A stretch of 64,000 nt of DNA, from contig JADCJJ010000267.1 in NCBI GenBank assembly GCA_020247085.1, positions 3,582-67,581 on the forward strand. Reading direction: 5' to 3'. The stretch comes from Myxococcaceae bacterium (GTDB lineage Bacteria; Myxococcota; Myxococcia; Myxococcales; Myxococcaceae). The notes beneath the pieces are model-generated. The model saw nothing but the letters and a program-made list of their open reading frames with translations, was not told the origin of the DNA and ran no database searches. This document shows positions 30,414-41,429 of the stretch, piece by piece. Position 1 is the first letter of the stretch; every line of letters begins with the position of its first letter. The translations under genes and the position numbers were made by a program.

Positions 30414-33068
30414 ATGACGGCCCCCACCGACGGCGCCCCCGCAGCTTCTGCGCCCCCGGGCGTGGTGACCGCAAGCGGTACGCCCTGGGTCGGGTTGACG
30501 TCGGCCGAGGCGGCGCGCCGGCTGGCGGCCGACGGGCCCAACGCGCTGTCGAAGTCCGAGCGGCGCACGGCGCTGGCCCTCGTGCTGGGGGTGGTGAAGG
30601 AGCCGATGTTCCTGCTCCTGCTCGGCGCCGCCGGCCTCTACCTGGTGCTGGGCGACGTGCGCGAAGGGCTGACGTTGCTGGGCTTCGTCCTCCTCGTCAT
30701 CACCATCACGGTGGTGCAGCAGGGCCGCACCGAGCGGGCCCTCGAGGCGCTCAAGGACCTCTCGGCGCCGCGGGCGACGGTGGTGCGCGACGGCGCCGTC
30801 AAGAGCATCGCGGGGCTGCACGTGGTGCGCGGCGACCTCGTGCGCCTGGCCGAGGGCGACCGGGTGCCGGCGGACGCGCTCCTGCGCGAGGGCAGCACCC
30901 TCACCGTCGACGAGTCGCTGCTCACCGGCGAGTCGGTGAGCGTCGACAAGCAGCCAGACCTCGCGGCCACCACTCCCTCGGCGCCCGGCGGCGGTGGCAC
31001 GGCGTCGCTCTTCGCGGGCACGCTGGTGACGTCGGGGCGCGGGCTGGCCGAGGTGGTCGCCACCGGCGCGCGCTCCGAGTTGGGCCGCATCGGGGCCTCG
31101 CTGGCCACGCTCGAGCGCGGCCGCAGCCCGCTCCAGCGCGAGGTCGACGGCGTGGTGCGCCGCATGGCCCTGCTCGGCGCGGGGCTGTCGGTGTCGCTCG
31201 TCGTCATCCGCGGCCTGTCGGGCACCCCCTGGCTCGAGTCGGCGCTCTCGGGCATCGCGCTGGCGATGGCGCTCCTCCCCGAGGAGTTCCCAGTCGTGCT
31301 GACGGTATTCCTCGCCATCGGCGCCTGGCGGCTGTCGCGCGTCGAGGTGCTGACCCGCCAGGTGACGGCCGTCGAGACGCTCGGCGCCGCCGAGGTGCTG
31401 TGCACCGACAAGACGGGCACCCTCACGCAGAACCGCATGACGCTGCGGCACCTGGTGCCGGCCGAGGGCGCCGTGCCGCTCCCCCGCCAGGGCGCGCACC
31501 CGCGGGTGGTGGCCGAGCTGCGGCCCGGGGCGCCGGTCGAGCTGACAGACGACATGCGGGCCCTGCCCGAGGCGGTGCACGGCCTCGTCGAGTACGGCAT
31601 CCTCGCCTCGCCTCGAGACCCGTTCGACCCGATGGAGAAGGCCTTCCACGCGCTCGGCGGCCACGCCCTCACGCGCACCGAGCACCTGCACCCGGACTGG
31701 GCGCAGGCGCACGAGTTCCCCCTCTCGCCGGGCCTCCTGGCGGTGACGCACCTCTGGCGCGGCGACGACGCGGCGCGCCTGGTGGTGGCCACCAAGGGCG
31801 CGCCCGAGGCCATCTTCGACCTGTGCCACCTGTCTGCAGAGACGACGGCCGTCTGGCGCGACGAGGTGCGGCGCCTGGCGACAGAGGGCCTTCGGGTGCT
31901 CGCCGTGGCCCGCAGCGCCGGGCCCGTCGCCTCGGCGCCGGCGCACCCGCACGAGGTCGACTTCGTGCTGGTTGGGCTGGTGGGCCTCGAGGACCCGCTA
32001 CGGCCCGACGTCGCCGCCGCCATCGCCACCTGCCGCGAGGCGCGGCTGCAGGTGCTCGTCATCACCGGCGACCACCTCGAGACGGCACGAGCCATCGCGC
32101 GCAAGGCGGGGCTCCCGACCGATGACGCACTGACGGGCCCCGAGCTCGAGGCCCTGTCGGACGAGGCGCTGCGCGGGCGCCTGCGGACGGCGTCGGTCGT
32201 CGCCCGGGCGGTGCCCGCCCACAAGCTGCGCATCGTGCAGGCGCTCAAGGCCGAGGGCCGGGTGGTGGCGATGACGGGCGACGGCGTCAACGACGCGCCG
32301 GCGCTCAAGGCTGCCGACATCGGCGTGGCGATGGGGCAGCGGGGCACCGACGTCGCGCGCGAGGCCGCGTCGCTGGTGCTGGTCGACGACGCCTTCGGCT
32401 CCATCGTCACCGCGGTAGCGCTGGGCCGCCGCATCTTCGACAACCTGCGCAAGTCGGTGGGCTACATCCTCGCGGTACACCTGCCGCTCGCCGGGCTGTC
32501 GCTGGTGCCGGCGCTGCTGGGCTGGGGCGCGGTGCTGGGGCCGCTGCACGTCGTCTTCCTCGAGCTCATCATCGACCCGGCCTGCTCCATCGTCTTCGAG
32601 GCCGAACCGGCAGAGCCCGACGTCATGCGCCGCCCGCCGCGGGGCCCCGGCGCGAGGCTCTTCACCCTGAGCACCACGCTCCTCAGCGTCGGGCTCGGCG
32701 CGGCGGCCCTCGCCGGCTGCCTCGCCGTCGTCGTCTTCGCGCGGCGGGCGGCGCTGCCCCTCGAGGCCCAGCGCACCCTGGCCTTCGTCGCGCTCGTCTC
32801 GGGGAACCTCGCCATCCTCCTCTCGTCGCGGGTGCGCGGGCCGCTGTGGACGGGGCTCAGGCGGGTGAACCGCGCACTCCCGGTGCTGCTCCTGGCGACG
32901 CTCTGCGTGCTGGCCGGCGTGACGCTGGTGCCGGTGCTGCAGCGGCTCTTCGGCTTCGCAGACGAGCCGCTCGGACGGCTCGCCGGCGCGCTGGCGGCGG
33001 GCGCGGCGCCCGTCGTCGCCGTCGACGCGCTCAAGCTGCTGCGCCGGGCTGAGGCCACGGGCGGCTGA
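30414..33068 (+). CDS. cation-transporting P-type ATPase (P2-type, Ca/Mg-like)
   Basis: GLTSAEAARRLAADGPNAL (Cation_ATPase_N), PEEFP in TM4 (not CPC), CTDKTGTLTQN, TGDHLETARAIA, MTGDGVNDAPALKAADIGVAMG. ATG 30414 (TTG 30384 is in the track). Confidence 0.95.
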   Translation: MTAPTDGAPAASAPPGVVTASGTPWVGLTSAEAARRLAADGPNALSKSERRTALALVLGVVKEPMFLLLLGAAGLYLVLGDVREGLTLLGFVLLVITITVVQQGRTERALEALKDLSAPRATVVRDGAVKSIAGLHVVRGDLVRLAEGDRVPADALLREGSTLTVDESLLTGESVSVDKQPDLAATTPSAPGGGGTASLFAGTLVTSGRGLAEVVATGARSELGRIGASLATLERGRSPLQREVDGVVRRMALLGAGLSVSLVVIRGLSGTPWLESALSGIALAMALLPEEFPVVLTVFLAIGAWRLSRVEVLTRQVTAVETLGAAEVLCTDKTGTLTQNRMTLRHLVPAEGAVPLPRQGAHPRVVAELRPGAPVELTDDMRALPEAVHGLVEYGILASPRDPFDPMEKAFHALGGHALTRTEHLHPDWAQAHEFPLSPGLLAVTHLWRGDDAARLVVATKGAPEAIFDLCHLSAETTAVWRDEVRRLATEGLRVLAVARSAGPVASAPAHPHEVDFVLVGLVGLEDPLRPDVAAAIATCREARLQVLVITGDHLETARAIARKAGLPTDDALTGPELEALSDEALRGRLRTASVVARAVPAHKLRIVQALKAEGRVVAMTGDGVNDAPALKAADIGVAMGQRGTDVAREAASLVLVDDAFGSIVTAVALGRRIFDNLRKSVGYILAVHLPLAGLSLVPALLGWGAVLGPLHVVFLELIIDPACSIVFEAEPAEPDVMRRPPRGPGARLFTLSTTLLSVGLGAAALAGCLAVVVFARRAALPLEAQRTLAFVALVSGNLAILLSSRVRGPLWTGLRRVNRALPVLLLATLCVLAGVTLVPVLQRLFGFADEPLGRLAGALAAGAAPVVAVDALKLLRRAEATGG

Positions 33069-33240
33069 AGCGCCCGAGGCGGGCGGCCGGCCGAGGGGCC
33101 CCAGGCTCACTCCCGGTACGCCGCCGCCAAAGCCGCGCGGCGCTTCCTCGAGACCGGGCAGCGAGCCGCTTCGCGGCGCCGGCACCCCTGACGTCGGCTC
33201 GCAGCGTCGCGGCGCGCCTGACAGCCCGGCGCGGCTCCTT

Positions 33241-33530
33241 TGGAGGGGACAGGCGCTCCGGACGGCGGGGCGGCTGAAGCCGTCGCCTCCCCATTCACGG
33301 CGCCGCGGTCGCTCCACCTCCGGCGGCCTGCCGCGAACCGGTGGAGGGCACGGGCGCTCCGGACGGCAGGGCGGCTCGAGGCCGTCGCCTTCCCCATTCA
33401 CGACGCCGAGGTCGCCCAACCACCGGCGGCCTGCCGCGGCTCCGTGGAGGGCACGGGCGCTCCGGACGACGGGTCGGCTCGAGGCCATCGCCTTCCCCGT
33501 TCACGACGCCGCGGTCGTCGGAGCGCGGCG
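33241..33530. repeat. tandem repeat array, unit about 101-103 bp, 3 good copies plus degenerate flanks
   Basis: Units start with TGGAGGG(G/C)AC(A/G)GGCGCTCCGGACG at 33241, 33342 and 33445. A degenerate restart TGGAGAGGCTGGCGCTCCGGGCGG lies at 33591 and a partial unit end lies before 33241. Copies 1 and 2 contain GACGGC-N12-GCCGTC. Confidence 0.85.
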
Positions 33531-33679
33531 GATCTCCCTCAGCGCGTTGAACAGGGGAGCGCTTCGGCCGGAGGCAGGCTCCAGCCCTCGTGGAGAGGCT
33601 GGCGCTCCGGGCGGGGCGATGGGGGAAGCTCCCAGCGGCGCGGTGTCGAGGTCGCGTCGCGGCCCCCGAAGCGTCGCGC

Positions 33680-34456
33680 TCAGCGCGTCATCGTGGGCGC
33701 GGCCACCACCAGGCGAAGGCCGAAGCGCTCGTCGTCGCGGAAGATGATGGGCTGGCCGTTGCCCCGGTCGCCATCGGCCTTGTGCGAGGCCACCTGCGCG
33801 ACCGCGCCCAGGCTGAGCCAGACGCCGGCGACCCGCACCGACAGCGTCGGCCCGACGTAGACGGCCGTCCCCTGGTACTCGCTCGCGCGGAGCGCCTGGC
33901 GGGCCCGCAGCTCGAGGCCGGCCGTCACCTCGGCCGACACGGCGAGCCGCAGGGCGAAGGCGTGCTCGAGGCGAGTCTCGATGGCGTCACGCCGGTCCCA
34001 GAAGATGGTCCGCTCGAACGCGGAGTTCACGGCGAGGAGCACGTCGCCGAACACCCGGTCGAGCACCAGCCGACCCTCGAGCTGCGTCGATGCGACGCCG
34101 ACGGCGACGCGCGCCAGCAGAGCCAGCCCGACGAGCTGGTCTGCCTCGAGGAGCCTGAAGCGCGCCAGCGCCGAGAGCCGCCCGTCGAGCTGCTTCTCTT
34201 CCCGGCGGCGCAGGGTGACATCGGTGTCGACGCCCAGGTGCACGTCGACGTTCCGAGCCACGCCGAGGCCGACCCACCCGCGCACCTCGAGCTGGTCGAA
34301 CGGCGTCGGCCGGCCCGAGCGCAGCGTCAGCCACAGCTGCGGGCTCGCGGCGCCCTTCGCCTCGGTGCCCGACGTCCACGTGAAGGGGAAGGGCCGCTCG
34401 GCGCGCGCCCCCGCCGACAACAGCAGCACCGCCGCGCTGGCCGCCAGAGCTCGCAC
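33680..34456 (-). CDS. secreted hypothetical protein, OM beta-barrel-like
   Basis: Signal peptide MRALAASAAVLLLSAGARA. Alternating hydrophobic strand pattern (VTAGLELRARQAL, VYVGPTLSVRVAGVWLSLGAVAQV). Confidence 0.6.
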   Translation of the reverse strand: MRALAASAAVLLLSAGARAERPFPFTWTSGTEAKGAASPQLWLTLRSGRPTPFDQLEVRGWVGLGVARNVDVHLGVDTDVTLRRREEKQLDGRLSALARFRLLEADQLVGLALLARVAVGVASTQLEGRLVLDRVFGDVLLAVNSAFERTIFWDRRDAIETRLEHAFALRLAVSAEVTAGLELRARQALRASEYQGTAVYVGPTLSVRVAGVWLSLGAVAQVASHKADGDRGNGQPIIFRDDERFGLRLVVAAPTMTR

Positions 34457-34567
34457 CGGGCGGGTCCATAAACCCGGCGCGCGTGGCAGTCACCACTTCG
34501 CGCACCCCTGAGCGTTCGAGCAGCCCCGCGGTGGACATCGGCCGCGCCGGGCGACACAACCGGGCCC

Positions 34568-35383
34568 ATGACGTTCCCCCGGGCCAGCGGCGCCACCGTG
34601 GCGTTGGCGACGAAGCACGGCAAGGAGCGGCTCGTCGAGGGCCTGCTCGCGCCGCTGGGGCTGGCCCTGCGCCACGTCGGCGACGTCGACACCGACCAGC
34701 TCGGCACCTTCACGCGGGAGCGGCCCCGGCAGGGCACGGCGCTCGACGCCGCACGCACCAAGCTCGCCTGGGCGTTCGCGCATGCCCCCACGGCGCGCTT
34801 CGCCCTGGCGAGCGAGGGCTCGTTCGGCCCGCACCCCGAGCTGCCGTGGGTCGCCGGTGGCCATGAGCTGGTGCTGCTCGCCGACCGCGACACCGGGCTC
34901 GAGCTGCGCGGCGACGACCTGACGGCCGACACCAACTTCGCCGCGGCGACCGTCGACTCGCTCGAGGCCGCCCTCGCCTTCGCCGCCCGGGCCGGGTTCC
35001 CTGCGCACGCGCTCATCGTCGGGGCGCACAAGGGCGTCGGCGACGCCGCGACGCTCGAGCGGCTCGTCGGCGAGGGGCTCCGCGCGGGGCCTGTCGCCCT
35101 CGAGACCGACATGCGCGCGCACCTGAACCCGCTCCGGCAGGCGTCGATTCGCCGGGCCATGGAGCGCTGCCTCGCGGGCCTCGCGGCCACCTGTCCCTCG
35201 TGCGCCTGGCCCGGCTTCACCGGTGGCGAGCCCGCCCCCGGCCTGCCGTGCGAGGCCTGCGGCGCGCCGACGCGCCTGCCCCGTGACGTCCTCCGCGCCT
35301 GCCGCCGGTGCGGTCACGCCGTACGCCTGCCCGTCGGAGCCACCGCCGCGCCCGCCGGCCGGTGCGACGCCTGCAACCCTTGA
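34568..35383 (+). CDS. conserved hypothetical protein with C-terminal double zinc ribbon (DUF6671-like, tentative)
   Basis: N-terminal VALATKHGKERL and DMRAHLNP motifs. C-terminus carries four CxxC pairs (CPSC, CEAC, CRRC, CDAC). Confidence 0.5.
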   Translation: MTFPRASGATVALATKHGKERLVEGLLAPLGLALRHVGDVDTDQLGTFTRERPRQGTALDAARTKLAWAFAHAPTARFALASEGSFGPHPELPWVAGGHELVLLADRDTGLELRGDDLTADTNFAAATVDSLEAALAFAARAGFPAHALIVGAHKGVGDAATLERLVGEGLRAGPVALETDMRAHLNPLRQASIRRAMERCLAGLAATCPSCAWPGFTGGEPAPGLPCEACGAPTRLPRDVLRACRRCGHAVRLPVGATAAPAGRCDACNP

Positions 35384-35451
35384 GGCGACGTCACAGCGGA
35401 CTTGGGATTTTCAAGTGGCCCGGGTGAGAACGGGTCTCTAGCTGGCTCGGC

Positions 35452-35796
35452 GTGAACGTCGAGATTCGCGCCCGCAACGTCCCGCTGACGTCAGAGCTCA
35501 AGGCCCACGCCGACCAGCGCCTGCACCTGGCCCTCTCGCGGTTCTCGAACCGCATTCGCGCCGTGCGGCTCACCGTCGAAGACGTCAACGGCCCGAAGGG
35601 CGGGCCCGACAAGCGGTGCCACGTCACCGTCAAGCTCGAAGACGGCGACGAGCTCTTCGTCGAAGACGGCAGCGGCGACCTGCGCTTCGTCATCGACACC
35701 GTCACCGACCGTGTCGCCCGCCTCGTCGCCCGCTCGCTCGAGCGCCAGCGCGAGGCCCGAAGCCCGAAGGGCGCGCGGCTGAACGGGCGACGCTGA
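35452..35796 (+). CDS. hpf: ribosome hibernation promoting factor / RaiA family (short form)
   Basis: GTG start. MNVEIRARNVPLTSELKAHADQRLHLALSRFSNRIRAVRLTVED..CHVTVKL..VIDTVTDRVARLVARSLER is collinear with the HPF/YfiA fold pattern. Confidence 0.8.
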   Translation: MNVEIRARNVPLTSELKAHADQRLHLALSRFSNRIRAVRLTVEDVNGPKGGPDKRCHVTVKLEDGDELFVEDGSGDLRFVIDTVTDRVARLVARSLERQREARSPKGARLNGRR

Positions 35797-35909
35797 ACCG
35801 GATTGCTTCATTAAATCTCTTTAACGACGCCGTATTATCAAATTTTCCTCACATTCCACAAACACTACACATCGCTCACCACCCTTCCTCTTCATCGAAC
35901 GAGGCGTCC
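35797..35909 (+). promoter_or_regulatory. AT-rich, G-depleted promoter/leader region of the RpoH-like sigma gene
   Basis: The only clearly AT-rich island in the window. Candidate -35 TTAAAT (35811-35816), 16-nt spacer, -10 TATTAT (35833-35838). Positions 35833-35896 (64 nt) contain a single G, at 35874. SD GAGG at 35901-35904, 5 nt before ATG 35910. Confidence 0.5.
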
Positions 35910-36773
35910 ATGGGAACGAGCGAGACGAGCTACTTCGAGCGGCAGTGCGCGCGCATCAGCCGGCAGCCCCAGCTGACCGAGGAGCAGGAGCGGTCCCTGG
36001 CGAAGCGGTGGCTCGAGCAGAAGGACCGCAAGGCCGCCGAGGCGCTCGTCGAGGCGCACCTGCCGCTGGTGGTGCACCTGGCCAACCGCCTGCGCGGCTA
36101 CGGCGTTGCGAAGGACGAACTGGTGGCCGAGGGCAACGTCGGGCTCCTGCGGGCGGTCGAGAAGTTCGACCTGCGCGGCGTGCGCTTCAAGACGTACGCG
36201 ACGTACTGGATCCGCGCGCACATGCTCGCCTACGCGATGCGCTCGAACAGCATCGTCACCGTGGCCACCGGGGCCCTGGGCGCCAAGTTCTTCTTCAAGC
36301 TCCGCTCGGCCCGCGCGAAGGCCGAGGCCCTGCTCGGGCCCGGGCACGAGGGCATCGACGCGCTGCTGGCGAAGCAGTTCGGCGTGGGCGAAGAGGTGAT
36401 CCGCCAGCACTCGGCGCGGCTCGCGTCGTCTGACCTGTCGCTCGACGTCAGGGTGAACGAGGACGGCGAGACGACGGCCCTCGACCTGCTCCCGACGGGC
36501 GATGCGACGCCCGAAGAGGCCCTCGGCGCCTCGGAGCGCGACGAGCTCGTGCACCAGGTGGTGCAGCGGCTGTGGAAGGCCCTCGACGAGCGTGAGCGCA
36601 CCGTGCTCCGGTACCGCCTGATGGCCGACGAAGACGACGTCACCCTCGCCGACCTCGGAGACCGCTTCCAGCTGTCGCGGGAGCGGCTGCGGCAGATCGA
36701 GGTCCGGGTGAAGCAGCGCCTCAAGCGTGCCCTCGAGACGGCGGCGCACGACGAGCCGGCGTTCGTGCAGTAG
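35910..36773 (+). CDS. RNA polymerase sigma factor, RpoH (sigma-32)-like
   Basis: Region 2 ELVAEGNVGLLRAVEKFDLRGVRFKTYATYWIRAHM. RpoH-box-like AKFFFKLRS. Region 4 HTH TLADLGDRFQLSRERLRQIEVRVKQRL. Confidence 0.9.
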   Translation: MGTSETSYFERQCARISRQPQLTEEQERSLAKRWLEQKDRKAAEALVEAHLPLVVHLANRLRGYGVAKDELVAEGNVGLLRAVEKFDLRGVRFKTYATYWIRAHMLAYAMRSNSIVTVATGALGAKFFFKLRSARAKAEALLGPGHEGIDALLAKQFGVGEEVIRQHSARLASSDLSLDVRVNEDGETTALDLLPTGDATPEEALGASERDELVHQVVQRLWKALDERERTVLRYRLMADEDDVTLADLGDRFQLSRERLRQIEVRVKQRLKRALETAAHDEPAFVQ

Positions 36774-36786
36774 CGGGCCTTCGCCG

Positions 36787-38595
<1,809 letters not shown>

Positions 38596-38826
38596 GCGGG
38601 CTTCGCACTCTATCGCGCGGGGCGCGCAGCGGCGGCACATTCTCCCCTCGAGGCCACCGCCACCCCGCGCCCCTGGCCGTCGCCGACGAGGCACCCTCGC
38701 CATCGGCACCCGACGAGGGCGCACCGTCTCCCCGCCTCTCACTCCAGACCGTGGCCCGGGGCCTGCGGCGCGTGGAGCCGACTGGGGCCTTGCCGCCACC
38801 GGGTCGTGTGCTAGGCGCTCTCCGCC

Positions 38827-39366
38827 ATGCAGAACGTCTCCGTCGCCCGCCGCTACGCCCGCGCGCTCCTCGCAGCCTCGCAAGACTCGGCCGACCAGGT
38901 GCTCGCGCAGCTCGATGAGCTCGTGCGCTACCTCCACTCGGCCCCCGACGTGCTGGCCGCGCTGTCGAACCCGGCGCTGAGCCGCGCCCAGCGCATGGCG
39001 ATGACCGAGGGGCTCATCAAGGCCGCGCCGGGCATTGCGCTCACCCTCGCCAACACCCTGCGGCTGCTGACCGACCGAAACCGCTTCGCCTCGCTCCCCT
39101 CCCTGGCGCTGCAGTTCCGCGACCTGGTCGACGTGCGCATGGGCCGCGTTCGCGGCAGCATCACCTCAGCGACGGTACTGGGCGAGGCACAGCTGGTGGC
39201 CATCAAGGCGCAGCTCGAGGCGCTGACGCAGCGCACGGTGGTCCTCGAGCCGAAGGTCGACCCGTCGATTCTCGGCGGCGTCGTCGCCACCGTCGGCAGC
39301 CGTACCTACGACGGCTCGCTCAAGAGCCAGCTCCGCGAGATGGGGCGCCAGCTGCTGACCCGCTGA
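38827..39366 (+). CDS. atpH: F-type ATP synthase subunit delta (OSCP)
   Basis: VARRYARALL.., LSNPALSRAQRMAM, LLTDRNRF, DPSILGGVVATVGSRTYDGSLKSQL. 179 aa, collinear with AtpH. Confidence 0.9.
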   Translation: MQNVSVARRYARALLAASQDSADQVLAQLDELVRYLHSAPDVLAALSNPALSRAQRMAMTEGLIKAAPGIALTLANTLRLLTDRNRFASLPSLALQFRDLVDVRMGRVRGSITSATVLGEAQLVAIKAQLEALTQRTVVLEPKVDPSILGGVVATVGSRTYDGSLKSQLREMGRQLLTR

Positions 39367-39461
39367 GGCGGGCCGCCCGAGCACCACCCGGCGCTGCTCG
39401 ACGCACGCCAAGCCCGGGCTTCATCCGTCCCTCTCTCAGGGCTCCGGCGTCGCTCGTCGAA

Positions 39462-39577
39462 CGCCAGACTCCGGGCGTCCTCGTCGCTCGCCGGCCTCTG
39501 CCTCGCGCGCCGTTCGCCAGACTCCGGGCGCTGGTCTTCCTGCGCCGGCCGCTGACCGTCTTCGTCGCTCGCCGGCC
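39462..39577. repeat. short direct repeats in the atpH / ABC-exporter convergent spacer
   Basis: CGCCAGACTCCGGGCG occurs exactly at 39462-39477 and 39515-39530 (53 bp apart). TCGTCGCTCGCCGGCC occurs exactly at 39481-39496 and 39562-39577. Confidence 0.75.
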
Positions 39578-39608
39578 CCCGGGGTTGCACGCGACGGGCC
39601 GGCCCCGG

Positions 39609-41429
39609 TCACCGGTACCCGCGGGCCTGCAGGGCGAACAGGTGCGCGTAGCGGCCGCCGTGCGCGACGAGGGCCTCGTGGGTGCCGAGCTCGGTGAGGC
39701 GCCCCTGCTCGAGCACCGCGATGCGGTCGGCCATGCGCACCGTCGAGAAGCGGTGGCTGATGATGATGGCCGTGCGCTGCCGCGCCAGCTGCTGGAAGCG
39801 CTCGAAGAGGGCCACCTCGGCCTCGGCGTCGATGGCGGCGGTGGGCTCGTCGAGCACCAGCACCTCGGCGTCGGCGCGCATGAAGGCGCGCGAGACGGCC
39901 AGCTTCTGCCACTGCCCTCCCGACAGCTCCTGCCCCTTCTCGAACCAGCCACCCAGGGTGGTGTCATAGCGCTGCGGCAGCGCCTCGATGTCGGCCTTCG
40001 CCCCACCGGCCTCGGCAGCGGCCTCGATGGCCGGCCGGTCTTCGATGCGCTGCGGCTCGCCCAGCCCCACGTTCTCGGCCGCGGTGAACTGGTAGCGCAC
40101 GAAGTCCTGGAAGACGGCGCCGACGCGCGCCCGCAAGTCCGCCACGTCGAGGTCGCGCAGGTCGACGCCCCCGTAGCGAATGACGCCCTCGGTCGGCTCG
40201 TACAGCCGCAGCAGCAGCTTGATGAGCGTCGACTTGCCGGCGCCGTTCTCTCCGACGAGGGCCAGCCGCTCGCCGGGCTCGAGGGTGAGCGACACGTCGT
40301 GGAGCGCGAAGCCGGCCTTGCCCGGGTAGCGGAAGCTGACGTGCTCGAGCTCGAGCCGATGTGGGCCCTTCGGCAACGCCCTCGGCGGGCTGACGCGGGC
40401 GCGCTCGGCTGAGGTGGGCAGCTGGAGGAAGGCCTCCAGGTTCGACAGGAAGAGCGCGTCTTCGTACAGGCCCGCGACGCTGCTCAAGACGGCCTCGAAG
40501 GCCCCCTGCCCCTGGCGGAAGACGACGAGCGAGAGCGTCAGGTCTCCCACCGAGAGCTGGCCCGTCGCCGCGCGCCCGGCGACGACGAGGTAGCAGACGT
40601 AGAAGGCCGCCAGCGACAGCGCCCCCAGCAGGGTGCCCAGCACGAGGCGCTTCACCGCGAGGCGCTGGTCCTCGGCGAGGAACTTCGAGAACAGCGCGCG
40701 GTAGCGCCCGAGGATGAGGGGGCCCAGGCCGAAGAGCTTCACCTCCTTCACCGTCGAGTCGCGGGTGAGGAGCCACTCGAGGTAGTTGAGCCGGCGGCCC
40801 TCGGGGGCGCGCCACGAGTACAGCCTGAAGGCCTCGCCCGACAGCTTCGTCTCGGCGAAGAAGGCCGGGAGCGCCGCCACCAGCAGCACCAGCGTCGTCC
40901 ACCAACTGACGCGCCACAGCAGCACCGCGAACGTCGACAGCGTCAGCAGGTTCCTTGCGATGCCGATGACGGCCATGGCGAGCGAGAGCGGCCGCGACGC
41001 CGACTCGCGCCGCGCGTTCTGCATCACGTCGTACGTCTCGGAGTCCTCGAAGTGCCGCAGCTCGAGCGTCAATGACTTCTCGAGCAGCCGCTCGTTGAGC
41101 AGGTTGCCCAGTCGCATGCGCAGCAACTCGCGCGAGAGGGACGATAGGCGACCCACCAGCAGGGTGACGACGGCGAGGCCGAGTTCGACGGACACCAGGC
41201 GCATCACGGCCGCGCGGGCGTCGTCCGAGGGCTCGCGGGCCGCGTCGACCACCGCGTCGATGATGAGCTTACCCACCCACGCCAGCGCCGCCGGGAGCGC
41301 CGCCTGCACCACGGTGAGCGCCGCCTGCGCGAGGGCGCTGCGCCGGTCGGCCTCCCAGACGAGCGCAAGCGCGCGGGGCACCTGCGCCAGCAGCTGGCGC
41401 GTGGAGAGGCGGCGGTCGCGAGCGGCCAT
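39609..41429 (-). CDS. ABC exporter, fused transmembrane and ATP-binding domains (MsbA-like half transporter)
   Basis: Six predicted TM helices, then Walker A GENGAGKST, signature LSGGQWQKLAVSRAF and Walker B VLVLDEPTAAID. Confidence 0.9.
   Translation of the reverse strand: MAARDRRLSTRQLLAQVPRALALVWEADRRSALAQAALTVVQAALPAALAWVGKLIIDAVVDAAREPSDDARAAVMRLVSVELGLAVVTLLVGRLSSLSRELLRMRLGNLLNERLLEKSLTLELRHFEDSETYDVMQNARRESASRPLSLAMAVIGIARNLLTLSTFAVLLWRVSWWTTLVLLVAALPAFFAETKLSGEAFRLYSWRAPEGRRLNYLEWLLTRDSTVKEVKLFGLGPLILGRYRALFSKFLAEDQRLAVKRLVLGTLLGALSLAAFYVCYLVVAGRAATGQLSVGDLTLSLVVFRQGQGAFEAVLSSVAGLYEDALFLSNLEAFLQLPTSAERARVSPPRALPKGPHRLELEHVSFRYPGKAGFALHDVSLTLEPGERLALVGENGAGKSTLIKLLLRLYEPTEGVIRYGGVDLRDLDVADLRARVGAVFQDFVRYQFTAAENVGLGEPQRIEDRPAIEAAAEAGGAKADIEALPQRYDTTLGGWFEKGQELSGGQWQKLAVSRAFMRADAEVLVLDEPTAAIDAEAEVALFERFQQLARQRTAIIISHRFSTVRMADRIAVLEQGRLTELGTHEALVAHGGRYAHLFALQARGYR

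Noticed and set aside
30414-33068. Heavy-metal (P1B) or Kdp-type ATPase
   Set aside because: TM4 carries PEEFP rather than CPC/CPH, and there is no N-terminal metal-binding CxxC domain. The Cation_ATPase_N-like start and the size fit a P2-type pump.
33240-33860. ORFs crossing the tandem repeat, including 33240..33860(+), 33107..33397(-) and 33295..33504(-)
   Set aside because: Their translations are repetitive Arg/Pro/Gly strings and no frame dominates in GC3. I treat the periodicity as a DNA-level tandem repeat.
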